DNA of 63,904 bases, the filler included, from Craspedostauros australis (taxonomy: Eukaryota), in the NCBI GenBank assembly GCA_030167865.1. It is 11 parts of 11 records of this genome, joined end to end, with 100 filler letters (N's around TTAATTAATTAA, not from the genome) between each part and the next. Parts side by side here need not be neighbours in the genome. Positions count along the whole stretch, not along the records: positions 28,844 to 46,748 come from JALAGF010003456.1; 10 more parts are not named here. One strand, 5' to 3'. The notes under the pieces were generated by a model, which saw only the letters and a list, made by a program, of their open reading frames with translations, was not told the origin of the DNA and did not search any database. A program made the translations under genes and the position numbers. Positions within the stretch are counted from its first letter, which is position 1. Each line of letters opens with the position of its first letter. Below, one piece after another: positions 33,758-44,622 of the stretch.

Positions 33758-36020
33758 TGTTGCGGTTGAGGTTGTAGATGTGTTGTCCTCTGTTGTGTTC
33801 CTGTGTGCCGCCCAACTGTCGAGCCAAGACAGATGACGTTGTTTGGTCCTGTGCGGAACAGTGAGTGATTCTGCTGCCGTTGGTGCTGCCGCCTTGTGAC
33901 GCCAAAGTTGAAGGAAGCTGGAACCAACTTCTCGTGTTGCGGCGTCCTTGTTTGTTGGAGCTTTGCAACACATGCTCGTGGTGCCACAGAGGACGCGCAT
34001 TTTGTTGGGCTTCACTTTGCACGTACTTTGGAGGCAAACTGCTTTGGGCAGACACTCCCACGAAAGGAAGGGACGCATTTTATTGCTACGCACGCGTTCT
34101 GTGTGTGTGGGATCGTGCTCGTGCTTCGCACAAATCGTGTCATGTCTTTGGCTTTCTCCACTGTACGACGAAGTACGTGTGCATACTCCTACCTCGCACA
34201 ATTGTATCGTGTTTCCGCATTTCCAACCGAACACGACACAGCCCCGTCAGTGTCATCGCGGTGTCCCTCCATGACTGTGTCACGTTTTGGCGCGTCAAGC
34301 CCCCTTGCTCTCATACAGTCACGCCATCAACGCTGCCATCGTTCTCCACACGCTCTATCGCCAGCAAGGGCACCGTACTCTTTGGTGCTTTTATACTCCC
34401 ACTGATAGCAGCACAGCCATAAGTAATTCAAAAGTACTGCAAAGTACCTTTCTCTGCGCTGGACGAACTATACGTACTATTTTTGATGAGCAAGAGTTAC
34501 GACAAGTGCCTCGTTTTGCTTCCGACTCAAGAATTGGAAACTTGATGTCGGAAGCAGAACCGAATCTTGCAGCCAACCAAATCGCGATCAGGGTGCCTGC
34601 CGACCATCCAATCAGCGATCAGTAATCAACAAAACCAATTCCGTGTCTGTGATGTTGGCTTCGTCTGTACGTCATCCGGTCCAACGTCAACCACTCCCAC
34701 AACCAACAGCCCAAAACAGGATTGCCTTCAATACGGTTCTCCTTCGCTTCGTTGTGGGACCAACACGACGCGACAGGCAGACAGGTCATTCGTTGGTGTT
34801 TCAGAACACGATAGAACGTGTTCCGTAGCAGGCCCAAAACCAACTGCCATCTGCTTGTGACGTCGAATGCGACATGTCTTCAAGTCAGAACTTTGGCGGG
34901 TGAGTGCCAGACGGTGGACATAGTATTGTCAATCACGGACAAATGGAGACACGGATAGATGAACGTTTGCCGAACGTTAGAAGATGACCGAAAGGCGGCG
35001 TCTGGCGATACTCCATGACCAACCCATTTGATGGCACATTAATGTGTATTATGTTTTTAATATATTAATATTAATTGCATGTGTGTCACACATGCCGTGG
35101 CGGTCTTGGAAAATGTGCGCGCAACCCCTTCACTCGCAGAAAAGTGATGCCTGGCGAGACGGCGAGTGAAACTTGGTGATTGCGCGCAGCGCCGCACAAA
35201 CCTCAATGAGCACGCTCCGCGCATTGTGCTTCTCAGTGCTTGTTGATGTTTGTCGGTGGCCACGGTGTTCAACAATACCACAGACAACAACCAAAAGGCG
35301 GAAAGCAGAGAGGAAGGAGACAAGAGGAAGAAGACGATCGGCGCGTGAGAACATTCCAGAGAGTGGAGCACATCGCATCACATCACATCACATCGTGGAT
35401 TGTGCATGTGGAAGCATCAGACTGCATAACACCGAACAGCGCATCAGTTGCACCATCTTGGGAACACCGCAAAGAAGGCGCAAAGCAACACTTGCAACGC
35501 GGAGCCCCACCTTTGTCCATTGTCGAAGTCCTCCTTGCCTTGTGCATCAGCATCAGCATCGACACAGGTGTTGTTCTCAGTTGCTCTGGGAAAGGCTCAC
35601 ACGAATCAGAAGAGGACAACAGCAACTGCACAGCGCCAGGCAACAACACCGTCCTCATTCGTGTTTGACTGCCATCTTCAAGTCTACGAACAGAAAGCGG
35701 AGGACGGGAGGAATTGAATCAAGCGGGAGATCAGCGGTTGGCAGACGCGATTCCAAGAGCGCGGCTACGGACTTGCGACGAGGAAACCTCTCTATTTGCC
35801 GCAATACGTCCATTTACAATTGCTGTACGTGTCGAGAAGGAGTTCAAACGAGAGAAAGGGATCAGACAAGGTTGAGGCAGGCAGTACCTACAGCATTGCA
35901 CCGCATCGCACCGCATCGCATTGGATCACTTCGCACACACACACAGGATCTCGACAGCGCATCTTCACCGACATCACCACCGACATCCACATTCACATTG
36001 GTCTTGACGTTGAGTGGATA

Positions 36021-39000
36021 ATGCAAAGCAAGATCACGCCACTGAACTCATCAAAATCCATGACAGCACCCATGACGATGACCATGCCCCTGCCAATTGC
36101 TGAGGACAAGGTCGCCATGCATGGCAGCAGAGGATTCTCGCGCTTGTTATTATCAGCTGTGGACGATCATTCATGCTCCTCGTCGACCTTCCCATCACCA
36201 ACCAATTCCATCATTACAGGGTTCTCAACCGCGACGGTAGCCACCACGACCACAGTTGCTTCCAAGACCATTCGGAAGGCACCGTCAACGTGGTCAGAAA
36301 CTCAATCAACGTGTACTGCGACAACTTCTGTCGTGCATGCGCCAACAGCGCCGACAGCAACAGCAACGGTCCCTTCATCATCAACGCAACAGCACGTCAG
36401 AATTGCAGCAGTGCCATCATCAACCGACGAAACCTACCTAATGTCCAAAGCCGCATCAACAACAACCATGAATGCGCGTACAATGACATCGACAGCATCG
36501 AGAACACATCAAATGCGTCATTCACAACCACATCAGCAGCACCAACATATGCAGCAGCAACATATGCAGCACCAACATTCGCGGCTACAGCATCCGCAAC
36601 AACGACAGTCACGGCATTCCAATCATTCCACCCATCCAGTTCATGCGAGTTCACATGATTATTCACATTCGTCTCACGCACCAGGTCGACCATCGCATTC
36701 CGGGCAAACAGCAAACACGGGAAGAGTCCCACCACCGGCTCCGCAATCGCGCAGCGGAAGATCCAGACGAAGCAGACACGCACACTACAGGCACCATCGC
36801 CAGCATGCAAAAACGTCTGTCGTTAGCGTACCCTTGGAGAAGAAGATCGTCTACGCATCGCCTAGAATCGACAATGATGATGACAACCTCTTCCCGTCCA
36901 AACAGAACAACGAGGATCTGCATCCATCATCGAATGCCCGTTGGAACAGCATCTCGCAGCAAGCTGGCGATCACAAGCAGGACGGTTCGGAGCTCAACAT
37001 CACCAGGGGCATGGCCCCGCTCGCACTCAAGGCGGGTGTCACGCCCGCAGTCGCCTCGCGTGTGCGCCGTCTCACCCTCAACCTCGATCCGGCTGAAGAT
37101 ATCCTGCCCGAGTGGATGGACGTCATCTCGGCCATGTTCTTCGACCTCGAACACATCACCATCGTCTCTGGCGTCACGTCGTCGGAACAGGAAACTGTAA
37201 GCGCCCGCATGAGACGTCTCTACCTCCTCTATCGTTTCCCCCACCTCATCAGCATCGATGGCACCAAAGTCACGCAGGACGAACGCCGATTGGCGAGGCC
37301 CAACGATCCCAACGGGGAGCGCGTGGAACGTCAAGAGTGGGTCACCAGCGACTCCCTCCTCGACGTCTGCAGCAATGACGATGATGAAGATCCTGCGGAT
37401 CACGCGGACCATGCCAATCATCGCAGTCAAGAACGTGATGATGACCACGAACGCAAAAACGAAAGGGAACACGATCGTGCGCAAGGCCAATACCATTCAA
37501 CCACCAAACACCGCCGTATCATTGGCAACGGCTCCAACGTGGACCGTGCGTACGAGGATGATGCGAACCACGCTGGCGATGACTATGAAACCATACGTTT
37601 TAGCCAGGACATGTCCAGCCCCACCGGAGCGTCCTTCGATCACCACCAGTGCTGCAACGTGTTCGGCGACGCTTCTCTACCCGACCTGAATTCTTATGGT
37701 AGCACAACATCTCTCCATCACTCATCATCTTCCAATGACAGCAACAACAACAACAGCAACAGAAATAACAACAAGCACGAGCAGATCATTGCAAGCACCA
37801 ACTCGAGCCGCTCCCTATCTCCGATGAGACCCAACAACAACAACAACACTACCAACAGTAGCAGCAACAGCAGCAGCAACAGCAGCAAAGGTGGCAACGA
37901 CCGTCGAAATCGCGATCGCAATCAAAACCGTGGCTCATCCATGTCAAGGCCAAGAGGACCCTCAGGAGCATCGCTGTCCCATAGACGCCACAGCATAAGC
38001 GAACGAGGATTCATGGAGAAGAAGATCCACGGCGACGCTCTTGAGGTGGACTTGTCAGGATCAGTGAAGACCGTTCGGCTGGAAACGCCTCGAGTCGTCG
38101 TGCCGCTCATAGATCTACTCGAGGATGGATCCGAATCTACAGCTGGAGCATCCGCAACGGACAGCGAACGGGCGGCCGCCCGCAGACGCACCAGTAGAAG
38201 AAGCGACAATCTCACCCAAGACGGGCATGCTTCGATGCGATCGTCCTCCCTGGATTCGCCCAGGTCCATCCGGCAGTCAGACACGCTGGAGATCGTGTCT
38301 GTGTCCAGCGACTGTCACGAATACAGCAGCCCGCTCTGCGGCATTTCGTTCGGTCGCTTTGGTTGCGCCAACCGCCTCACCTGCGGAACCCGCATCAAGA
38401 AAGGGACCGGAAAGAGCAGACGTGATAATAGCAGCCAAGGAAAGAAGAAAGGCGCACCATCCTCAGCCAGCAGACGCGGCAGCACAGGCAATGCCAATAG
38501 CAGTAGCAATGGAAGTAGAAATAACGGGAAGAATCGCAACCAGCGACAGCAGCGAAAGATGAAACCATCGTCTCCGATCTATCAGCCGAACCCAGCCAGA
38601 CGAACCACTCTGTTCGCCCAGCACCGACTGAACCAGCAGCAGAACCTCCTCAGCGCAGCCGTCACGGCCGGAAGGCAGCAGCTCATGAATTGGACGCCTC
38701 CACGTTCCCGCGACGGATCTGCAATCTCCAACAACAAGAAGTTGTCTCCATCCAAATCGTTGACGTCTCCATTCCCGATGCAATTCAGGGACCGTGTCTC
38801 CGCAGTCGCCAACGGCGCTGCTGCTCCCCCCAACAAGAGACTCTCGAAGGATCTAAGACTTACCAGCAGCAGCAGCGGTGGTGCAAGCGGCAGCGGTAGT
38901 GGTAAAGGCAGAAGCAACAGCAGTAGCAACAAAGGCAGCAGCAGCAGAGTCGGAACCCACTTGATGAAACCGGCGCCGTTCACACGTGCTGTGTCATTCC

Positions 39001-39479
39001 GAGGAACGACCAGAGCACCAGGGCGGGAGAACACGGCGCCTATAGTGGTGCCAGCATCAGCAACATCGCCGGCGATGGAGACCATCTCCACACCGATCCA
39101 GCTCGATCGCATCGTGTCATCTCCGCCGAGGATCGCCGTCAGTCCACGTTCGAATTCCAAGCGAGGTGATCTCCCGCCGCCATGTCCGAGCAACAACCAA
39201 CGTCGCAAGTCGCTGGCCGCCGCCGCGATGACCGCAATGAGTCCGTTGCGATCCAAGAAGGCCAAGCGGATGTTCCGCCAACGCAAGAATGCCCGTGCTA
39301 CGTCTGTCATGAACTTTGACGAGGACGAGGACTGTGACGACGAGGACAGTTGTGACAGCCGTGACGACGACTTGGTCGACACGGACTCGGAAGAAGACCT
39401 GATTGTGGAGGAAGGATTTTCAAGCAGACATGATTCCTTCCACATCGTCGGAGCCATGAGCGAGGAGGCGAGCGCATGA
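36021..39479 (+). CDS. Large low-complexity protein with an LRRcap-like motif
   Basis: Long ORF, probable ATG at 36021 (MQSKIT). RRLYLLYRFPHLISIDGTKVTQDERR resembles the U2A'/ANP32 LRR cap. The rest is S/T/Q/N/R-rich. Confidence 0.75.
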   Translation: MQSKITPLNSSKSMTAPMTMTMPLPIAEDKVAMHGSRGFSRLLLSAVDDHSCSSSTFPSPTNSIITGFSTATVATTTTVASKTIRKAPSTWSETQSTCTATTSVVHAPTAPTATATVPSSSTQQHVRIAAVPSSTDETYLMSKAASTTTMNARTMTSTASRTHQMRHSQPHQQHQHMQQQHMQHQHSRLQHPQQRQSRHSNHSTHPVHASSHDYSHSSHAPGRPSHSGQTANTGRVPPPAPQSRSGRSRRSRHAHYRHHRQHAKTSVVSVPLEKKIVYASPRIDNDDDNLFPSKQNNEDLHPSSNARWNSISQQAGDHKQDGSELNITRGMAPLALKAGVTPAVASRVRRLTLNLDPAEDILPEWMDVISAMFFDLEHITIVSGVTSSEQETVSARMRRLYLLYRFPHLISIDGTKVTQDERRLARPNDPNGERVERQEWVTSDSLLDVCSNDDDEDPADHADHANHRSQERDDDHERKNEREHDRAQGQYHSTTKHRRIIGNGSNVDRAYEDDANHAGDDYETIRFSQDMSSPTGASFDHHQCCNVFGDASLPDLNSYGSTTSLHHSSSSNDSNNNNSNRNNNKHEQIIASTNSSRSLSPMRPNNNNNTTNSSSNSSSNSSKGGNDRRNRDRNQNRGSSMSRPRGPSGASLSHRRHSISERGFMEKKIHGDALEVDLSGSVKTVRLETPRVVVPLIDLLEDGSESTAGASATDSERAAARRRTSRRSDNLTQDGHASMRSSSLDSPRSIRQSDTLEIVSVSSDCHEYSSPLCGISFGRFGCANRLTCGTRIKKGTGKSRRDNSSQGKKKGAPSSASRRGSTGNANSSSNGSRNNGKNRNQRQQRKMKPSSPIYQPNPARRTTLFAQHRLNQQQNLLSAAVTAGRQQLMNWTPPRSRDGSAISNNKKLSPSKSLTSPFPMQFRDRVSAVANGAAAPPNKRLSKDLRLTSSSSGGASGSGSGKGRSNSSSNKGSSSRVGTHLMKPAPFTRAVSFRGTTRAPGRENTAPIVVPASATSPAMETISTPIQLDRIVSSPPRIAVSPRSNSKRGDLPPPCPSNNQRRKSLAAAAMTAMSPLRSKKAKRMFRQRKNARATSVMNFDEDEDCDDEDSCDSRDDDLVDTDSEEDLIVEEGFSSRHDSFHIVGAMSEEASA

Positions 39480-39975
39480 ACGAAATGGCATACTCGTCAT
39501 GGCTGGCATGTTATCATTGCTGAACAAATTGGTTTGCATGGGGTGGCAGGTGGAGGAACGACATGGCCTTCATGGAATGTTGTAAAGGTGGTGTTGTACC
39601 GTAATACTGTAATGAGAGCAGAGCTTCGTTTTTTTTTCACAACTGTAATACGATGACTTGACTATTCGCACTTTACATCAATCCAAACATTGATCTAACG
39701 TTTGTCAGTGCAACACGACGTTAGAACATATTATATGATGTGAATATGTATATGAATGTTTGCTATCATGTATCTATTGTGTGTACCATACAAGTATGAG
39801 GACAAGTTCCACCAAATCATCTTGGTCAATACGTGAATTCGGACCTGATGCTACCCACACTCTCTCGTTGGTTCGGTTCGTTCGAAAGAGGGGACATACT
39901 ACCATAGAAAGAGTACGAGAGCAAGCACTCTGCTCTGGCCATGCTCTTGAGTGTTGTACTCCACTCTGCTGCACT

Positions 39976-40542
39976 CTACTCGAAGGCGGTGTTGACCTCG
40001 TTCTCTCCGATGCCCATGAGCATGTTGAGCTGGATCCGCTTGATGGCCATGTGGGACTCTGGGACGCGCGTGACCTCGTGCAACCAATCGTCCGCCACTT
40101 GCTCGCGCTCTTCCAGAATCATCTCGACGATCCGAAGGGGATCCACCATGGCGGTGTGTTCATCCTGTACCTGCACGCGGGTGGGACCTGCCAGGAGCAG
40201 CTGCTCGAGAAAGTCATCCGCGCGGCCGTACCACTGCGAGCCTGTGAAGTGCGTTCCGACGCGTTGACTGTAGAAGTTGCCGAGGTAGGTGACCTCGGCG
40301 GGCGCACGGGCTGCCGCGTCGGCGCTGTTGAGGATGCGATGGATGCTTTCCTGTGTCGTCAGCAGGGTTAGGAGGTCGAAGTTACCCTTGCGCAACGGCG
40401 ATGGGCAGTAGTCGTTGGAGTTATCCGGTGACATTTCGAGGAAGAGGAGATTGGCGCGTTGGAATGTGCTCTCTGGGGATGGGGTTGCCATGTCCACTTC
40501 AGCGTCTGCGCTGGCTTTTGGAGCGGCACCGGCCCCCTCCTC

Positions 40543-40573
<31 letters not shown>

Positions 40574-41403
40574 CGCTCCCAGTAGACATCCATCATCTGA
40601 CCACCCATGTCCGCGATGACGTCAAGATCCTTTCTCCATTCTCGTGCGATCTGCTCACGGACGCTGATCAGACGGCTGCAGATGGATGCTGGGTTGATTT
40701 CCAGTTCGTAGTTAGGTACGAACCGGCTGCTGGACTCGATGGTGTACGACGCGGTCGGTTCCTGAAGGAGTTGCTCGAAGTAGGTCTCCCAGGTGGGGAA
40801 CTTGGTCGTGTTGCCCAATCCCAGCCCGTGGTAGGACAGCATCTTGATTTCGACATTGCCTGTCTCCGAGTCATGGGTGGACGATTGGCCGGAGGAATCC
40901 GACGATGCAGAATCTACGCCCCCTGCCGATTGCTGGTTGAGCATGGGTGATGCTGAAGTATCGGCGTGGCCGGTGGCTGTCTTGGCGGCCTTGGCCATGG
41001 TGGAGATGGCATGGTCGCGCCCCGTACTTTCCTTTTCACGACGGTGGAACACGGGCTCGGAGAACTCCTCCAGCCAAAGGGCCGTCTGACGATCTCGCAG
41101 CGAATTCATGAGGAAGACCAAGGACTGGGCGGCGCATTGGTTGAGGAAGGTCTGGAAGTCGTTGTGGCATGCCCATCGCGAGTCCGTGATTGGGAGGCTG
41201 CTGGTACCCCGACGACCGTGGATGTCGCCTTCACCATCAGAGGAGGATGCTGAAAAGGCATCCAATCGTGAAGTCGCAGCTCGCGATGCGCCATCGTGCG
41301 ATCTGGCCAACCCCGCATGGGCTGAAAATGCCGCCACGTCGTGGTGTGACCCGACGTGAATGGCTGTCAGAAGCAGGAGCTGGGCGATGGAAGGCAGTTT
41401 CAT
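39976..41403 (-). CDS. Hypothetical protein with predicted bipartite plastid-targeting presequence
   Basis: Hydrophobic N-terminus ending VAA-F (ASAFAP-type cleavage motif), then an S/A/R-rich transit-like segment and a globular remainder (SPLRKGNFDLL). Confidence 0.8.
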
Positions 41404-42012
41404 TGTTTACGGATATTGTGTGATTGTATGATTATGTGACTGTATGATAGCTCGTGGAGTGTCAGTCTCTCTCTCTCTCTCTGTGTGGGTGTTGCTCTTG
41501 TCCTGCAAGCGTCTTGGATTGCTTCTTCAACCTCCCGGTGATGTCCTGCTTGATGTCCTGCTTGATGTTCTGACTTGGTTTGATCTTGTTCTTGATTTTA
41601 TGATGGCCTGTTGATTCACCGTGGGGTTCCCTGAGTTCCTCTATCGTCTGATCTCTTGTGATCTCTTGCGATCTGCCGCTGAGAACGAATTCTGTGCCGC
41701 TGATGTGGGTTGATGAAACAATGATGACAGCTGCTCCTTTGTTCTGATCTTGCGACTACTACTATGTATCTGCATGTGTCTCCATCTCTGCTGGTGGATT
41801 GCACTGTCCCATGCCTCTCTTCGTCGCTGTGTTCGCCTCGCCGACTCTGCTCCCTCTCACTCGCCCTGTCCCACACCGCGGAGCGTCCTTAGCCAATGAC
41901 CCGGCCCCTTTTGCCTTCTCCTTCCGATTGAAGTTCTTGATGTGAAAAAGAACAAAAGGCAGAAGATTTGGCGTCCAAACATGATCCCCTTCGACATCGC
42001 ATCAGCCAACCA

Positions 42013-42074
42013 CCAATGAGATCGTGCGATCACGTGCTGACGTCAACAAGCAGATTGCTGACGTCGCAACGTCA
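42013..42074. promoter_or_regulatory. Cluster of CCAAT, G-box and TGACGT motifs upstream of the plastid-targeted gene
   Basis: CCAAT at 42013, CACGTG at 42031, TGACGTCA at 42038, TGACGT at 42059 and ACGTCA at 42069. Confidence 0.45.
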
Positions 42075-42500
42075 TCACTGAAAAGTTCTGTGATGTTCTC
42101 ATCGAATCCAATCCCGTTAAAAGCGAACACAATGGTATCCGTCAATTGGGTCCACTTGGTCCGTTGTCCATCGTTCCCCGATTAAGTCGAATCAATCGGA
42201 GACGAACAGCCTGGAATTCTCATTCCGTGAGGTCTTTTGTGATGGATCCTGTGCCATCTTCGCCGCAGCCGCCTCTGTGCCCCCATTCACGCCATCGTCG
42301 TCGTCCAAAAAGGGGTCTGCGACCACCCTCGCAGCAAGGCACGGGAAAAACGTTGAAAGTGGGTCCGGACGACGTACAGACTGCTCCGAACAGACATGTT
42401 CGGTTTGTCGCATCTGTGGGCTCCATCGAGTCAACCGCTGAGCAATGGAAGACGGTGAATACAACGTTAAGTAGACGTTATAAGCGTTAACGTCGATTTT

Positions 42501-42700
42501 ATTACTTTCATTGAAACGCTATTACTTTCATTGAAACGCTATTACTTTCATTGAAACGTTATTACTTTCATTGAAACACTATTACTTTCATTGAAACGTT
42601 ATTACTTTCATTGAAACGTTATTACTTTCATTGAATCGTGATTACTTTCATTGAATCGTGATTACTTTCATTGAATCGTGATTACTTTCATTGAAACGTC
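42501..42700. repeat. Tandem array of ten 20-bp units with consensus ATTACTTTCATTGAAACGYT and internal palindrome TTTCA-T-TGAAA
   Basis: Units start exactly every 20 nt from 42501 to 42681. The first 15 nt are invariant and the last 5 vary. No spacers. Confidence 0.97.
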
Positions 42701-42963
42701 ATCGTGACACTTCCATTGAGTGATCGTTGCAGTCCATGTATTCGATTTACGTCACACAGAGCGATTCGTGTTTCGTTCCAGGCTTCACGCACGTGTTGAT
42801 CACACGAACACAAATCACAATGTAAGCATGCAATGCACGAGTATTGTCCACAGCAATTCAACAAATACTCTCCAACTCGGTCAAGGATTTGTCAGAAACA
42901 GCCAAGGTAGGCTTACAGATACCTATTATATTATTAACAGGACATCTGTTAGTATCGCTGTCA

Positions 42964-43437
42964 TCATTTTGCCTTCTTTTTGTCCTTCCTCCGTTGTTGC
43001 CAATACAACGACTCGTACTTCCATCGCTTTGCTGCATGAAAATGCTTCCTAAATTGTTCCATTGGGAACTCTTGATAGCACGGTCTCCTTTGGTACAGCT
43101 GTCTGGGGGTGAGAGACTTCAATAGTTCATCTTTGAAGTCGCTTCTCATCATGTTCTGTGCTTCAGAACCATCCCATCTCAGTTTGCCAGTCGGCTTCAA
43201 AGTAATTGTCATTTTCTTGAAAGCAGCGAGTGCTTTCTCTGCATCGGCAGCATCTGCTTCATTTTGCTTCCACTTTTTCCGAAGGCGATTCAAATTGCTG
43301 CGAAAGTTGGTGTAGCTCACATTTGCAAATTCAGCGTGGCTTTCGTAGATCTCCTTTGGTTTCATTTCTTGTGTAATGGTCCCTGCCTTCAATTCCTCCT
43401 CCAGGATCTTTTTTGCATCAGCCCATTTGAACGGCAT
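42964..43437 (-). CDS. Small basic protein of two tandem ~50-aa helical repeats; candidate transposon-associated DNA-binding protein
   Basis: ATG at 43437 (MPFKW). Repeat 1 is [12 protein letters not shown]...PKEIY...EF...NFRSNL and repeat 2 is [14 protein letters not shown]...PRQLY...EF...QFRKHF. The tail is K/R-rich. Confidence 0.65.
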   Translation of the reverse strand: MPFKWADAKKILEEELKAGTITQEMKPKEIYESHAEFANVSYTNFRSNLNRLRKKWKQNEADAADAEKALAAFKKMTITLKPTGKLRWDGSEAQNMMRSDFKDELLKSLTPRQLYQRRPCYQEFPMEQFRKHFHAAKRWKYESLYWQQRRKDKKKAK

Positions 43438-43439
43438 CT

Positions 43440-44045
43440 TTGTTGATGTTGATGTTGATGCTGATGCTGATGCTGATGCCGATGCGGATGCGGATGCTGA
43501 TACTGATGCGGATGCTGATACGGCGGCGGATGCGGATGCTGATGCCGATGTTGATGCTGCTGCGGCCGTTTCTGATACCGATGCTGATACCGATGCTGAT
43601 ACCAATGCTGATACCGATGCTGATACCGATGCTGATACGGATGCCGATGCGGATGCTGATACGGATGTGGATGCTGATACTGATGCGGATGCAGATACCA
43701 ATGCGGATGCTGATACGTCGGCGGATGCGGATGCTGATGCTGATGCCAAAGCTGATGCCGATGTTGATGCTGCTGCGGCTGTTTCTGATACCGATGCGGA
43801 TGCTGATACGGATGCGGATGCTGATACCGATGTGGATGCTGATACCAATGCGGATGCTGTTACGGATGCTGATGCGGATGATGATACGGATGCTGATACC
43901 GATGCGGATGCCAATGCGGATGCTTATGCAGATGCTGATGCAGATGCAGCCGTTGGAGATGCCGCTGCTATTGCCGCTGATGATGATGCTGCTGATACCG
44001 TCGCTGTTGCTGATACCGTCGCTGTTGCTGATACCATCGCTGATT
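43440..44045. repeat. Degenerate hexamer repeat (GATGCT/GATGCG/GATACC)n with internal block duplication
   Basis: About 600 nt of GATGCN/GATACN units. The block GATGCCGATGTTGATGCTGCTGCGGC-GTTTCTGATACCGATGC occurs near 43540 and again near 43755. Confidence 0.9.
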
Positions 44046-44622
44046 CTGCGGCAAAGCTCCTTCAGGCGTTACCACATGCGCTGATACGAATGCTGGTATG
44101 TAGTGTTGTGGAAGTTGTTGTGGCGGATACTGTTGTCATTGCCGTGGTCTCGTTGTTATCTGTTGATGTGCAAGTTGAGCTGTGTTCAGTTGTGTCGGAT
44201 GAGACAGTCATGCCCTGCTCGCCGCCTCCCTGTTGCAAATGGGTCCTCTGCTGTCCCTGTTGCTGTTACCATCAGCATTGCCATTGGTTTGGGTCCGCGT
44301 GGCTTGTATTCCGCAGTTGATTGATCTATTAATTGACTCATCGAGGGCTGCCGTTGCCTGCGGTGTTCTCAGAATCTCTTGTTTGTAGTTGTTGCCGTTG
44401 CAGTGTTCGTTTGTTGTTCTAAATTGGTGGGACTGTGGCTGTGCTCATCCTCGACTGTGGGAGATTGTGTGGAATTGCCATGAGTTTCGTCCTTGGGTGT
44501 TGTGTGTGTGTGTGTCGCGAGGCTTCGGCAATGACGCCACCTATCTCGATTGGTCGTGTGAGTTCGCCCAAAATGGAAAATGTGTGTTCGCCCTTCATCC
44601 GTCGTCACAAAACAAAACAAGG

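Noticed and set aside
42501..42700. CRISPR array
   Set aside because: Units are head-to-tail with only 5 variable nt, there are no unique spacers or cas genes, and the context is eukaryotic.
43376..44320. Plus-strand (DA)n and (ML)n ORFs as real proteins
   Set aside because: By-products of a stop-poor hexamer repeat, with no supporting domain.
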